From: Scyliorhinus canicula
Taxonomy: Eukaryota
Length of the DNA stretch: 64,000 bases
Direction: 5' to 3'
Assembly (NCBI RefSeq): GCF_902713615.1
Contig: NC_052154.1
Span: forward strand, 81,261,072-81,325,071
In this document: positions 50,665 to 63,700 of the stretch, piece by piece
Layout: the number at the start of each line of letters is the position of its first letter
How positions within the stretch are numbered: the stretch's first letter is position 1
Made by a program: the position numbers and the translations under genes
The notes under the pieces: model-generated
The model's input: the letters and a program-made list of their open reading frames with translations, nothing else
Databases searched by the model: none
Told to the model about the DNA's origin: nothing

Positions 50665-51720
50665 GTCACTGAACGGGCATTCTAAAGGAGGCAGATGAAA
50701 AGTCAGAGGTCGTGGTACACGTTGGTACCAACGATATAGACAGAATTAAGGATGCGGTCTTGCAACAGGATTTCAGGAAGCTAGGGAGCAGATTAAAAAG
50801 TAGGACGTCAAATGTTATAATTTCTAGATTACTCCTGGTGCCATGTTCTAGCGAATACACAAATAGGAGAATAGGGTAGAAGAATAAGTTAGTGAGGGAG
50901 AGGGAGGTTGCTTCCTGGGTTACTGAGACCGTTTCTGGAGAAGGTGCGATATGTACAAGTGGAATGGTCTGCAGCCGAACCAGAATGTGGCCGACAGCTT
51001 TGCGAGTAGTTTTGCTGTTGGGAGGAGTTTAAAACAATTCAGTAGGAAGAGGGGTTGCAAATCTAGAGCAGAGCATCGGGGCGGCGTTCAAAAAGGAAAT
51101 AGTGTGGGGGGGGGGGGGGGGGGGGTACAGGCCCAACATGATACCTTTAGGAGCAGCAAGCTCAGAAATGTTTAGGAATATTCAGGACTGGATAAGAAAG
51201 GAAATAATGGTTTTTAGAAGGTACAAAAGTTGCAAATCAATGGAGGCCTTAGTGGAGCATAGAAGATGCAGGGGTGAACATAACAAACCAATTAGGAGAG
51301 CAAAGAGTGGGCATGAAAATGCACTGGCGGGTAGGATTAGGGAGAAGCCCAAAATCTTCTATAAGTATACTTAGGGAAGAGGATCACCAATTAAATAATT
51401 GGGCCCATTGGGGACCACGGGGGCAATATCGGCATGGAATCTGAGGACATTGGTAGGACGACAATGAGTATTTCACATCTGTCTTCACTCAGGAGGATGA
51501 TGTAGGTATAGAATTCAGAGTGAGGGACTATGGGATTCTTGAGCAGTTTGACATAGGTAGTGAGGAGCGACTGGTGGTTTTGGTGGGTTTAAAAGTGGAC
51601 AAATGTCCAGCTCTGGATGAGTTTTGTCCCAGGTTGCTGTGGTGGGGGGGGGGGGGGGGGGGGGGGGGCAAGAAAGGGAATTACAGGGGCTCTGACCCAA
51701 ATTTGGACTTTAACCTGGTG
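50665..51720 (+). mobile_element. Decayed CR1 (ORF1 esterase end and ORF2 pieces)
   Basis: gtcgtggtacacgttggtaccaacgatata encodes VVVHVGTND. Further on are REKPKIFYKY and LKVDKCPALDEFCPRLL. Confidence 0.8.
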
Positions 51721-54452
51721 TTGTAAGCCTTCTTGAAAGGATAAGCCGCTAGAAGGTTGGGGTCACGCTTGCGGACCGAACGGAGGTGTTTCTCTAAGCG
51801 GTCACGAGTCTGCGTTCAGTATCTCCAACGTAGAGCAGACCGCATTGCCGCAGTAGACCAAGTTGAATGAGGTGCAAGTGAAGTGAAGATTGGTTATTTA
51901 TGTGAAATAAGTGGTCGTAATTCTAAGCGTGCATTCTGTACATAACAATTTTCTGCACTCAAGCCTTTTACCGATAATCTGCGAGATTGGCGAGTTAAAC
52001 TCTTTTTTCTGATTGGGTAAAAAGGAAAGTGCGAAATAAAGTGGGCGAAAAAAACAAAATACTGGAAATCCGAAAGAAGAACAGAAAATGCTGGCTAAAC
52101 TCAGGAGGTCTGGCAGCATCTTTGGAGAAAGAACTGGGTATCGGTTGACAGAGAGACCACCCAGCTAAGAAAATAAATAATCGTTCATGAGTACTTTTGA
52201 AAAGATTATCCAACATAATTTGGAAATTGACCTTGATGATCTATTCATTGTGGGTGGAACTCTTTATTTGTAACATTGCATTAACACAACAAAACACAAA
52301 TATATGCAAATCGAGATTGATAATTTGTGAATAATCGACATCAAGATGCATTTGTAATGTTTGTGTCGGCCGCCATATTTGCTTGTATGCATGCGACAGC
52401 AAGACTACATTGTGCATAATCACGTGCAATGCATTATTAAAGGGGCAAGCGCCAATTCATTACTGTAAGAGATTCCTTCAAAATGGTAACGGTAAATATC
52501 GCCCGGCTTGGATTTAATTTCCTTTTGTGATACCGATCTGGCTATTGCAGGCTGACTAGAGCTGGATTTTAATATTGCAGCACCTCTCCGGTGACACCAA
52601 TATGACATTTTTTTTGCTTTGCCTCTGCTCAATGCCTTGGCCTGGCTGAAACGGGACAGGAATCCTGCGCAATATCTGCCCCTACATCACCGGCAAATTC
52701 CAGTTCAATTTTGAACAAAACAATGTGAGGAAAGGTTGATTCGGTAATGGTCCTCACAAAATGAAACAATTCTGGGTTACTTGTGCTTTATTTGCCGAAG
52801 TCTTCACTGTTTGGATAATATGCAGAATTAAATGTTATGAGCCGGGGTCATCAAAAATATTACGGCATCGTAAGGCATGAGAAAGTTGTCCCACTGAAAA
52901 TGTGAGCGGACTTCCGGTGATGGGGACGCACAAACGGTGCACACACTTCTCCTGAAAACTCGAAATTAGGCGCTTTATAGCCAAAATAGCCCGCTAAAAC
53001 ACCGAGAGAAGAAACCTCAGAACCCTCCTCCAGCAACACCAGGACAAGACATGCCACGCGGAGCAGCTCCAGGGGACGAAAAGATGGCAAAGGCAGCAAA
53101 AGCCTGGAAAGAAGAACCGAGGCGATGGCAAGCCTGTGGGCCAGTGAGGCCCCAGCCACACCTGACCACCAGCCCGCAGGCAAGGTTCCATCCCGATGAA
53201 CAGATGGAGAGAGTTCCTTACACAAGAACTCCAGGAGCTCAAAAAGGCAACTAAGATGGAGATGAGGGCAATAGTCAAAGTGGCGTTGGCAGAGTCTCTG
53301 ATTACCCTGCAGGCAGCACTAGAAAAGGCAGAAAGGAGGCTGAAGACTGAGGACGCAATGATCAAGGAGCTAGCAAAGGCCTCACCTGAGCAGAGCAACC
53401 GGATCACAGCATAAGAGATGGAAATGGCATCGTTGTTGGCGACGCAAGGGACACTAAGAGGGAAAGTTGAGGATCAGGAAACCGATGGCAGGAATCCCAC
53501 GGAATATGTGGCCCAGATGTTGGGTAAGCTGGTGGAAAAGGAAGCTTCCCCAAGCTGCCAGAAGCTGACAGAGCCCACAGATCACTCCAGTCAAAGCCCA
53601 AGTCTGGGGGAAAACCGAGGGCCACCATCGCGAAGCTGAACTGGCACTAAGACGGGAAAGGATCTTGAACTGGCCAAGACAGACCAGGTCTTTTAACTGG
53701 GGAGGGCACTCGGTCTGGGTGTAATAGGACATTGGGGCAGACCTGGCCAAGCACCGGGCAGAACTCAACAAAGCCACGGCCGCCCTTTACAAGAACAATG
53801 TGCGGTTTGGAAAGCTGTACCCAGCCAAGCTCGGTGTGACTTTCCCTGGCATATTGTTTGACCACACCCACAGTTGTGGACAGTTTTGTGCACAAACATG
53901 GGCTTAGAAGACAACAGAACAAATGCTGAACCAGATATCACAACATATTGGGATAATGGGAAACTGTTTGCGTGGGACAGTACCGCCTCATTTTGAACGT
54001 TGGAGCTAAGTCTCAGCAAGGAGGGGGTGGGAGCCGCAGGGTACAGGAGGGATGAGGAGGAGCAACGGGGAGCAGAAACGCAGTGGTCGGGCGGGGGGGG
54101 AAGGCATGGGCCAACCTCAGGAGGAGGGCACCACATTAGTAGGTAAACTAGCACCAGGAAGTACAAGCAAGGGGGCCGGGCACATCTCCCATTGGGGAGG
54201 GGGTGCCTGGTGGCAAGAGGGGAAAACACAACGAATTGGGAGATAATGGGGGGGTAAACGTGAGGGGTACTCAGAGGGGCAAGGGTGGGAGAGAGACAGA
54301 CTCAGGGGGATAGCAGATGGACAAGGGAGGCAAGAGCTCTAGGCTGGATTTGACTGACTGCACATGACAGGAAGGAGCATAAAGGCATCGCAAGAAGCCA
54401 CTTTGGAGGGTCCCCAAACAAAGGGAAACATCGGAATGCAAGGGCTCACCCA

Positions 54453-57400
54453 TATAAGACCATAAGACATAGGAACAGAATTAGGCCACTTGGCCCATCG
54501 AGTCTGCTCCGCCATTCAATCATGGCTGATATTTTCTCACTCACATTCTCCTGCCTTCTTCCCATAACCCCTGATCCCCTTATTAATCAAGAACCTATCT
54601 ATCTCCATCTCAAAGACACTCACTGAATTGGCCTCCACAGCCTTCTGCAGCAAAGAGTTCCACAGGTTCACCACCTTCTGGTTGAAAAAAATCCTCCTTG
54701 TCTCTGTTTTAAAGGATCGTCCCTTTAATCTGAGATGGCATCATCTGGTTCTAGTTTTTCCTACAAGTGGAATCATCTCTCCACTTCCACTCTACCCAGG
54801 CCTTTGCAGTATCTTGTACGTTGCAATAAGATCCCCTCGCCTCCTTCTCAACTCCAACGAGTACAGATCCAGAGTCTCAAACGTTCCTCATAAGACAAGT
54901 TCTTCATTCCAGGGATCATTTTTGTGAACCTCCTCTGGACCCTTTCCAAGGCCAGCACATCCTTCCTTAGATACGGGGCCCAAAACTGCCCACAGTACTC
55001 CAAATGGAGTCTGACCAGAGCCTTATGCAGCCTCAGAAGTACATCCCTGGTCTTGTATTCTAGCCGTCTTGACATGAATGCTAACATTGCATTTGCCTTC
55101 TTCACTGCCGACTGAACCTGCATGTTAACCTTAAGAGAATCATGAACAAGGACTCCCAAGTCCCTTTGTGCTACTGCTTTCCGAAGCATTTCCCCATTTA
55201 GAAAATAGTTTATGCCTAGATTCCTCCTTCCAATGTGCATAACCTCACACTTTTCCACATTGTATTTCATTTGTCACTCCATTGCCCACTCTCCTAGCTT
55301 GTCCAAGTCCTTCTGCAGCCCCCTTGCTTCCTCAATATTACTTGTCCCTCTACAGATCTTTATATCATCTGCGAACCTCACAACAGTGCCTTCAGTTCCT
55401 TCTTCCAGATCATTAATGTCTATTGTAAAAAGTTGTGGTCCCAGCACAGACCCGAGGCACACCACTAGTCACCGGCTGCCATCCTGAAAAAGACCCCTTT
55501 ATCCCCATTCTTTGCCTGCTGCCAGTCAGCCAATCCTCTATCCATGCCAGGACCATAACACCATGGGCTTTTAACTTATTTAATAGTCTCCTATGCGGCA
55601 CCTTGTCAAAGCCCTTCTGGAAATCTAAATAAATCAGGTCCACTGATTCTCCTTTGTCTATCTTGCTTGTTACCTCCTCAAAGAACTCCTCAAAGAACAG
55701 ATTTGTTAGACATGACCTTCCTTTGACAAAGCCGTGCTGGCTTAATCCTATTTTACCATCCACTTCCAAGCGCTTCACGATGTCATCTTTAATAACAGAC
55801 TCTAAAATATTACCAGTGACCAGAGTCAGGCTAACCGGCCTATAATTTCCCGTCTTCTGCCTCCCTCCCTTCTTAACCAGTGGTGTTACATTAGCCACCT
55901 TCCAGTCCTCTAGGACGCTTCCTGCCTCCAGTGATTCCTGAAAGATCATCACTAATGCCTCCACAATTTCCTCAGCTATCTCTTTTGGGTCCCTGGGTGT
56001 AGTCCATCCGGTCCAGGTGATTTATCCACCTTCAGACCTTTCAGTTTCCCCAGAACCTTCTCCTTAGTAATGGTCACTGCACTCACCTCTGCCCCCTGGT
56101 TCTCCTGGAGCTCTGGCATACCACTGGTTTCTTCCACCGTGATGACTGATGCAAAGTAACTATTCAGTTTGTCTGCCATTTCTTTGATTCCTATTATTAC
56201 TTCTCCAGCCACATTTTCTAGTGGTCCAATGTCTATTTTTACCTATCTCTTACCTTTTATATATTGAAAAGATCTTTTCCTATCTTTCTTTATATTACTA
56301 GCTAGCTTGCACTCGTAATTCATCTTCTCCCCCCCCCCCCCCCCCCCCCCCCTATTGCTTTTTTAGTTGTCCTCTGCTCGCTTTTAAAGGCTTCCCAATC
56401 CTCTTGTTTCCCAGTAATCCTCACCACTTTGTATGCTTTTTCCTTAGGCTTTATGCTGTCCTTGACATCCCTCGTCAGCCATGGACGCCTTGTCCTCCCC
56501 TTAGCATGTTTCCTCCTCCTTGGGATGAATTTCTGTTGTGCCTCCCTAATAACCCTCAAAAACTCCTGCCATTGCTGTTCCACTGTCTTCCCTGCTAGGC
56601 TCCTTCTCCAATCAACTCTGACCAGATGCTCCCTCATGTCTTTGTAGTTACCCTTATTTAATTGTAATACTGTTACATCTGATTGCAGCTTCTCCCTCTC
56701 AAACTGCAGGGTAAATTCTATCATATTGTGGTCACTGGTGCCTAAGGGTTCCTTTACCTTAAGTTCCCTGATCAAGACTGATCAAGACAAGCAGGGTAGC
56801 ATGATGGTTAGCATAAATGCTTCACAGCTCCAGGGTCCCTGGTTCGATTCCCGGCTGGGTCACTGTCTGTGTGGAGTCTGCACGTCCTCCCCCTGTGTGC
56901 GTGGGTTTCCTCCGGGTGCTCCGGTTTCCTCCCACAGTCCAAAGATGTGCGGGTTAGGTGGATTGGCCATGCTAAATTGCCCGTAGTGTCCTAATAAAAG
57001 TAAGGTTAAGGGGGGGTTGTTGGGTTACGGGTATAGGGGGGATACGTGGGTTTGAGTAGGGTGATCATGGCTCGGCACAACATTGAGGGCCGAAGGGCCT
57101 GTTCTGTGCTGTACTGTTCTATGTTCTATGTTCTATTACACATTACCAAATCCAGAATTGCCTGTTCCCCAGTAGGTTCTGTCACTAGCTGCTCCAAAAA
57201 ACTATCTCATAGACATTCCAAAAATTCAATTTCTTGGGATCCACTAGCAACCTGATTTTCCCAATCCATCTGCATATTGAAGTACCCCATGATTATTGTA
57301 ATATTGCCTTTTTAACATGCCTTTTCTATCTCCTGATTTATTTTCTTCCCCATATCCTGACTACTGCTCAGTGGCCTGTACATAACTCCCATCAGGGTCT

Positions 57401-59160
57401 TTTTACCTTTGCTATTCCTCAACTCTACCCACAGAGATTCTATGTCTTCTGATCTGATATCGCTCCTTGCTATCGATTTAACTTCATTCCTTACTAATAA
57501 TGCAACCCCACCCCCTTTGCCCATCTGCCTGTCCTTTCGATAGGACATGTATCCATGGATATTTAGATCCCAGCCCTGATCCCCTTGCAGCCATGTCTCT
57601 GTGATACCCACAACATCGTACCGGCCAATTGCAATGTGCGCAACAAGCTCATTTACCTTGTTCCTTATACTGCGCGCATTTAGGTACAACACCCTCAATC
57701 CTGCATTGGCCACCTCCCTTTTCACACTCTCCTCAATCACTGTACCCTGTACTGTGGCCCTTTTTTAATTTTGACTATGGCTTCTCTGCCTTACACATTC
57801 CCCCTTACTGCTTTTCGTTTCTGGCCCCGTTTTTCTTCCCTCCGACTTCCCACATTGGATCCCATCCCCCTGACACATTAGTTTAACCCAGCCCAACAGC
57901 CCTAGCAAACTGCGCCCCCCCCCCCCCCCCCCCCCCCAACAGGACATTGGTTCCAGTCCTGCCCAGGTACAGACCATCCGGTTTATACTGATCCCACCTC
58001 GCCCAGAACCGGTTCCAATGCCCCAGGAATTTGAATCCCTCCCTCTTGCACCATCTCTCGAGCCATGCATTCATCCTATCTACCCTGATATTCCTACTCT
58101 GACTAGCTCGTGGCACTGGTAGCAATCCTGAGATTACTACCTTTCAGGTCCTTCTTTTTAGTTTGGCTCCTAACTCCCTGAATTCAACTTGTAGGACCTC
58201 ATGCCATTTTCTATCTATATCGTTGGTGCCGATGTGCACCACGACAGCTGACTGTCCACCCCCCCCCCCCCCCCCCCCCCACCAGATCTGCAGCCGCTCC
58301 AAGACATCCTTGACCCTTGCACCAGGGAGACAACATAGCATCCTGGAGTCTGGATTGCATCCGCAGAACCGCCTGTCTACTCCCCTTATGATTGAGTCCC
58401 CTATCACTATAGCCCTGCCATTCTTCTTCCTGCCCTCCTGCGTAGCAGAGTCAACCACGGTACCGTGAACCTGGCTGCTACTCCCTTCCCCAGATGGGCC
58501 ACCTCCCTCCACAGTATCCAAAGCTGTATATCTGTTTTGCAGTGAGATGACTGCAGGGGACACCTGCACTGCTTTCCTACTCTTACTCTGTGTTTTGGTC
58601 ACCCATTTTCTATCTCCCTCAGTACCTTTCACCTGTGCTTTGACCAACTCGCTAAATGTGCCATCCAGGACATACTCAGCATCGCGGATGCTCCAAAGTG
58701 AGTCCATCCGCAGCTCCAGAGCCGTCAAGCGGTTTAACAGGAGCTGCCACTGGACCCATTTCTTGCACATGAAGGAGCCAGGGATAGTGGACGTGTCCCT
58801 GAGCTCCCACATCGCACACAAGGAGCATGACATGGGTCTGGGATCTCCTGCTATGTCTTAAACCTTAGGTTAACTTATTCAACTACAATTCCAAAAAAAC
58901 GAAAGAAAATATAAATAAATATAGAAATGTAAAGAAAAACTACTTACCATTCACTTACTCGGGATAAAATGCACCTCCACGCCACCCAGTTTAGAATTCC
59001 CACCTAGCTTCAAATTCCCAAACTCAATCTTCGCTGTGTCTCATTCTGGCCGTGTCTTCTCTGGCTCACTGGGAGAACTCACTGGAAGTGAGTTAAAGTT
59101 GCTCTTTTTAAATTGGCTTGAGTTGACTCCACCCCCCCCCCCCCCACCTGCTTTTAGATC
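54453..59160 (-). mobile_element. Near full-length CR1-clade LINE
   Basis: ORF1 at 58144-58833 has an N-terminal Cys-rich/coiled-coil region and an SGNH-esterase motif (IVIGDSIIRG, VVVHIGTND). ORF2 has APE (YLNARSIRNK, GITETWL) at 57312-57740 and RT pieces at 54848-56775. The tail is (ataagac)n. Confidence 0.93.
56791..57135 (+). mobile_element. Young SINE subfamily copy inside the CR1 endonuclease region
   Basis: Near-identical to the copies at 34338 and 41489. Confidence 0.93.
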
Positions 59161-60577
59161 AAAGTAGCTTAACATGGCGGAAATCCCCAACATAGACACA
59201 CACCGACTCACTTTGAGGAAGATTTTAACTATGTACAGGACCCACGGACAGACAGATCAAACCCCAAATTGGAGGGAAAAAACAATAATGGCAAAAGAAC
59301 TAAGCATGTTCATGGAATAGATGGAGGCAGTAGGCCCATGGAGGTTCATGCACCCAGGGGAGAAGGAGTTCACCTTCTTGTCCCAGGTACACAGGGTCCG
59401 CACCAGGTTAGAATTCTTTGAGTGGGGAAATCAGTGCTTCCAGGGGTAGCGGAATACTCTGCAATCACAATCTCTGATCACGCTCTACACTACATGGATA
59501 TGTGGTTGGAGGCGGACCGGGCTCAATGGACCATGGCTCTACACTACATGGATGTGAGGTTGGAGGCAGACCGGGCTCAATGGACCCCATGGAGGTTGGA
59601 GAAGGCCTTCTTTGCAGTTAAACCATTTTGCAGAAAAATATCACATGGCATAGATGGGTACACTACCAACAACCAGATTGGGGAGGTGTCATACTTCACG
59701 TTTTGGGAGATGCAGAAGGGAGTAATTAGGGGGGAAATTATTGAATACAAGGTGCACAGAGATAGGAAGGAGAGGTCGGCTAGGCAACAACTGCTCGGCT
59801 TCATACTGGAGGTGGACCGGCAGTACTCCACAGACTGACCTTAGAGGTACTCGTGGAGGGGGAAAAGCTACAAATGGCCTTTGATCAGCTATCCATGAGG
59901 AAAGCAGCACACCAAGTCCACCAGGCACGAGGGCTCTTTTATGAGCATGGAGACAAAGCCAGCCGCCTGTTGGCCCACCAGCTGAGAAGGCAGGAAGCCA
60001 CTAGGAAATAGCACAGGTTAGAGGCAACTCTGACCTGAACCAGTAAAGATTAACAAGTCCTTCTACAGGGGGGTAGTAAAACCCCAGCACCCCACCCCCC
60101 GAGCGAGATTTGGGAATGAAGTAGTTCCTCAATGAACTGGACATGCCAGTTGTGGGAGAAGATAAGAGACAAGGTCTGGAAGCACTAATCGAATTGGGGG
60201 ACGTCATGGAGAGTATCAACTTCATGCAGGAGAAGAAGGCACCAGGGCCGGATACATTCCCAGCGGACTTCTAAAAATTGCTGCACCAGCTTTGGTACCG
60301 GATTTGTGGGAGATGTTCGCAGTCTCGCTGGTAAGGGACTCTCTGCCATCAATACTAGCAGAAGCCTCAATACTGCTGAAACCAAAAGAAGACAAGTCAT
60401 CTCGCTGCTCAATGTGGTTGCAAAACTTCGGCAAAAAGCCAGGCTAGGCAGCTGGAGAGCTACGTACCAGAGTGGTCACAGAGGTCCAGACGGGCTTTGT
60501 CATGGGCAGACAACTAACATGGAACATCAGGAACCTCCTAAACGTGATAATGACCCCCATCTGGGAGAGAACACCAG

Positions 60578-60739
60578 GGGCTGGATTCTCCACACCACAT
60601 TTCTGCCCTGACCCGCCGGCAGGATTCTCCGTTACGCCGGCCAGCCAATGGGGTTTCTCATTGTGGGGCAGCCCCATGCCATCGGGAAACCCCCTGGCGC
60701 CGGCATAATGGAGCACCCTGCCAGCAGAGAATTCCGCCC
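60578..60739. mobile_element. Harbinger-type MITE (162 bp) in L1-e ORF2
   Basis: TIRs GGGCTGGATTCTC / GAGAATTCCGCCC match at 11 of 13 positions. The left TIR matches the Harbinger left end at 43555. It interrupts the L1 reading between ERTP and VIISLD. Confidence 0.8.
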
Positions 60740-63700
60740 AATAAGTGATCATCTCCCTGGACACGGAAAAAAAACCTTCAACAGAGTTGATGACTTCGAC
60801 AGAGTTGAGTGGAAGTGCCTCATAGATGTAGTGGAGTAGTTTGGGCTTGGACCAGGGTTCACCGCTTGCGTGAAACTACAGCACTTTGATGGTGAGCGTC
60901 TGGACAAACACCATCAGTTCTAGATGCTTCCAGCTGCATAGAGGCATGAGACCCACTGTCTCTGCTGCAGTTTTCCCTGACAAGTGAGCCACTGGCAATC
61001 ACCCTCAGAACGGCAAACGGCTTGAGCGGTATCCAGAGAGTTGGACAGAGAGCACAGAGTCTCACTATATGTGGATGGCCTGCTCCTCTATATCTCGGAC
61101 CCCCAGGTCAGCATGGAAGGGATCATGAAGCTGTTAAAGGAGTTTTCAGTCTTTTCTGACTACAAACTCAAGCTGAGAAAGAGTGATGTCTTCCCAGTGA
61201 ACCGCAGGAAGAGGGTCAGAGCTGGAGGGACTACCAGTCAATCAAATCCAAAATAAATTCCGCTACCTGGGGCTCGAAATAGCGATTGGAAATGGATCCA
61301 CATATGAAACCTGACTAGTCTGGTGGAAAAAGTCAAACATGACTTGCAGAGTTGGGGCACATTTCACTCCCGTTAGAAGGGAAAGTGGAGATGATGAAAA
61401 TTAACTTACTGCCCAGGTTCCTCTTCCTGTTCAGATCTCTCTCAATCTACAGCCCCAAGGCCTTTCTTTAACACAACAGATAAACTAATCATGGCGTTTG
61501 TTTGTGCGGGGGGAGCGGGGGGGGGGGGGGGGCAGGGGGGGGGGGGAGAGAGAACCCAAAGGATCCGACAAAGGAAAAGAAGTATGGGAGGCCAGGCCTT
61601 CTCAAACCTATAGTTCTACCACTGGAAGGCCACAGCAGAATTGGTGAAAGGATGGCTGAAGGAACCGGGAGCCAACTGGGTGAGGGTGGAGGAGATTCCC
61701 TGCAAAGGGTCATCCTATGAGCCCTAATCACAACTGCACTGCCATCCCCTCTGACCAAACACTCAAGAAGTCTAGTGGTGGTAGCCACACTCAGAACATA
61801 GTATCAGATCAGACAGCACTTTGGCCTAACCAATGGATCCCATCTGTAACAACCACAGAATTTACCCTCAGAACAATGGACACCACCTTCAATAGGAGGA
61901 GACAGGCCGAGGGGATACTGACAGTTAGCAACAAGTACACAGACAACAGTTTAGTGACCTTGGAGGAACTCATGGAGGGGTTCCAAGTACCTAAAGGAAA
62001 CAAAATGAGGTATATTCAGGTCAAAAACGTCCTCCGTATAGAAATTACGTGTAACCCCAGACACCAGCTCACTCGTTATTTGAGGAACTCTTGGATGTGA
62101 GTGGCCTAGGGAACGGGAAATGTGGAGGCTTGTATGGGCGACTGTTGGAGAAGGTACAGTCCCCCCTGGACAAGACAAGGTAAAATGTGAGGAAGAACTA
62201 GGCATAGAAGTAGGGGGGAGGAAGGATAGAGTCTGGATGGAAGCACTACACAGGGTCAACTCCACCTCCACATGGGCATAATATAGCCCATGGAGAAGAT
62301 AAAGTTCACCATCGGGTTTCCACAGGACGTGAAAGATGTTCCCCAACCGGTTGCAAAACCTGTTCTTAGCCAGTAACCAGTAGAGCAGAGGCGGGGGGGG
62401 GGGGGGGGGGGAGAAGAGGGGTAGTCACAGACCAGCCACGGAATAGAAAGGAAGAGGGAGGGGGGAATAGAAGGGGCGGGGGAAAGAAGGTTTGGAGGGG
62501 GTTGCAAAGACTCACAAGAAAAAGAGAGATCTGAGGCACAAAGGGCAGAGCCACAGGGGCGGGTCCGAGGGCATGTTGGAAACCAGAGGGAGCAACAATA
62601 CGCCGGATAATACACGCTTGGGCCAACACTGGGGAGGGCAGCTGAGCCAGACCAGCCAACTGGGATCCACAGCCACAGTGGGGGCGGGGGGGGGGGGGGG
62701 GGGGGTGAGGGTAATATGTCGATGTAAATATTTATTGTGATCTTTTTTTCTTCATATTTTCTTTCTCGCTCTTTGGTTTAACTCACTTTTATAAATTTTA
62801 ATCTTTCCTTAGTTGCTTTTGCTTGGTATAATGCCCGGTTATGAAACTTGTAATTTAACGGACGAACTGAAGTGTGTAACATCAAATGTGAAGACCAATA
62901 AAAGCATTGAAAAAAGATGTGCGGCTGAATAAGGAAACAAAACAAATCTGCATTTAGAAAGCAACATATGGAAAGCGAACGAATAAAACATGCCTGAGGG
63001 CGAAGGTCTTGCACGTTACCAATTGTACCAATAGTGCGATTAGCAATGTAACATTGCTAACTTTGATGTAGAATATCTGTGGACTATGAACAGCGACTGT
63101 TGTCATGATTACACTAAACATGTGATGTGAAATTACTGGTATTATTTCACAGTAGGTACATTTGCAACATGCTCCGATTAACTAAGTTAAATTTAGATCT
63201 TGGTGTCTTGGTGCTTCGAGCAGAGCAACTGAACCACATCTTTAGTTCGCTCGCTTGAGCAATTCACCCTGGTTAATATTTAGCAGCACATTCATGTAGA
63301 TACCGGCAGAAGATTGGCAACCCCAACTAATAGTTATACTTTTTGAGAACGGGGAGAACGCCCACACAGCGACCTTTCATTTCCTGTGCATAGATATACC
63401 AGCGTTAAATAATGATCAACAAAATCTACACCAGATCGGTATCAGAAAAAATACTAGAAGACAATAATAAGGAGGCCGATATCTCCCATTACCATCGCGA
63501 ATGAAGATAGGGCAATTATGAAGTGAATTGCGTTTTCATTCCCCTTGCGAGTATCGACAGTATATGATAATACACAAGGCATTTTGAAACAGCGCGTTGT
63601 TATTATATGAGAAAAACAACACGAAGTAAACGGAAACATAATGATCGAAAAACAGTCAGAGATTTATTTGTATTTTTGCGAAGATCCCTGTAATTCGACA

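Larger units (their letters stand above)
52909..62730 (+). mobile_element. L1-clade LINE (L1-e) split by a CR1 insertion and a MITE
   Basis: Starts with gacttccgg. ORF1 remnants at 53196-53900 and ORF2 remnants at 59170-62340 (EYSAITISDHA, HRVSLYVDGLLL), followed by a G-rich 3' UTR. No TSD found. Confidence 0.8.

Noticed and set aside
27385-57255. Recurrent ORF MVVSINASQLQGPRF... (27385, 34354, 41504, 56726)
   Set aside because: It is the young SINE read in frame, not a gene family.
59479-59590. Approximately 54-bp tandem duplication in L1-e (ALHYMD.WLEADRAQWT twice)
   Set aside because: An ordinary slippage duplication in a dead element. It is not CRISPR-like: two units and no spacers.
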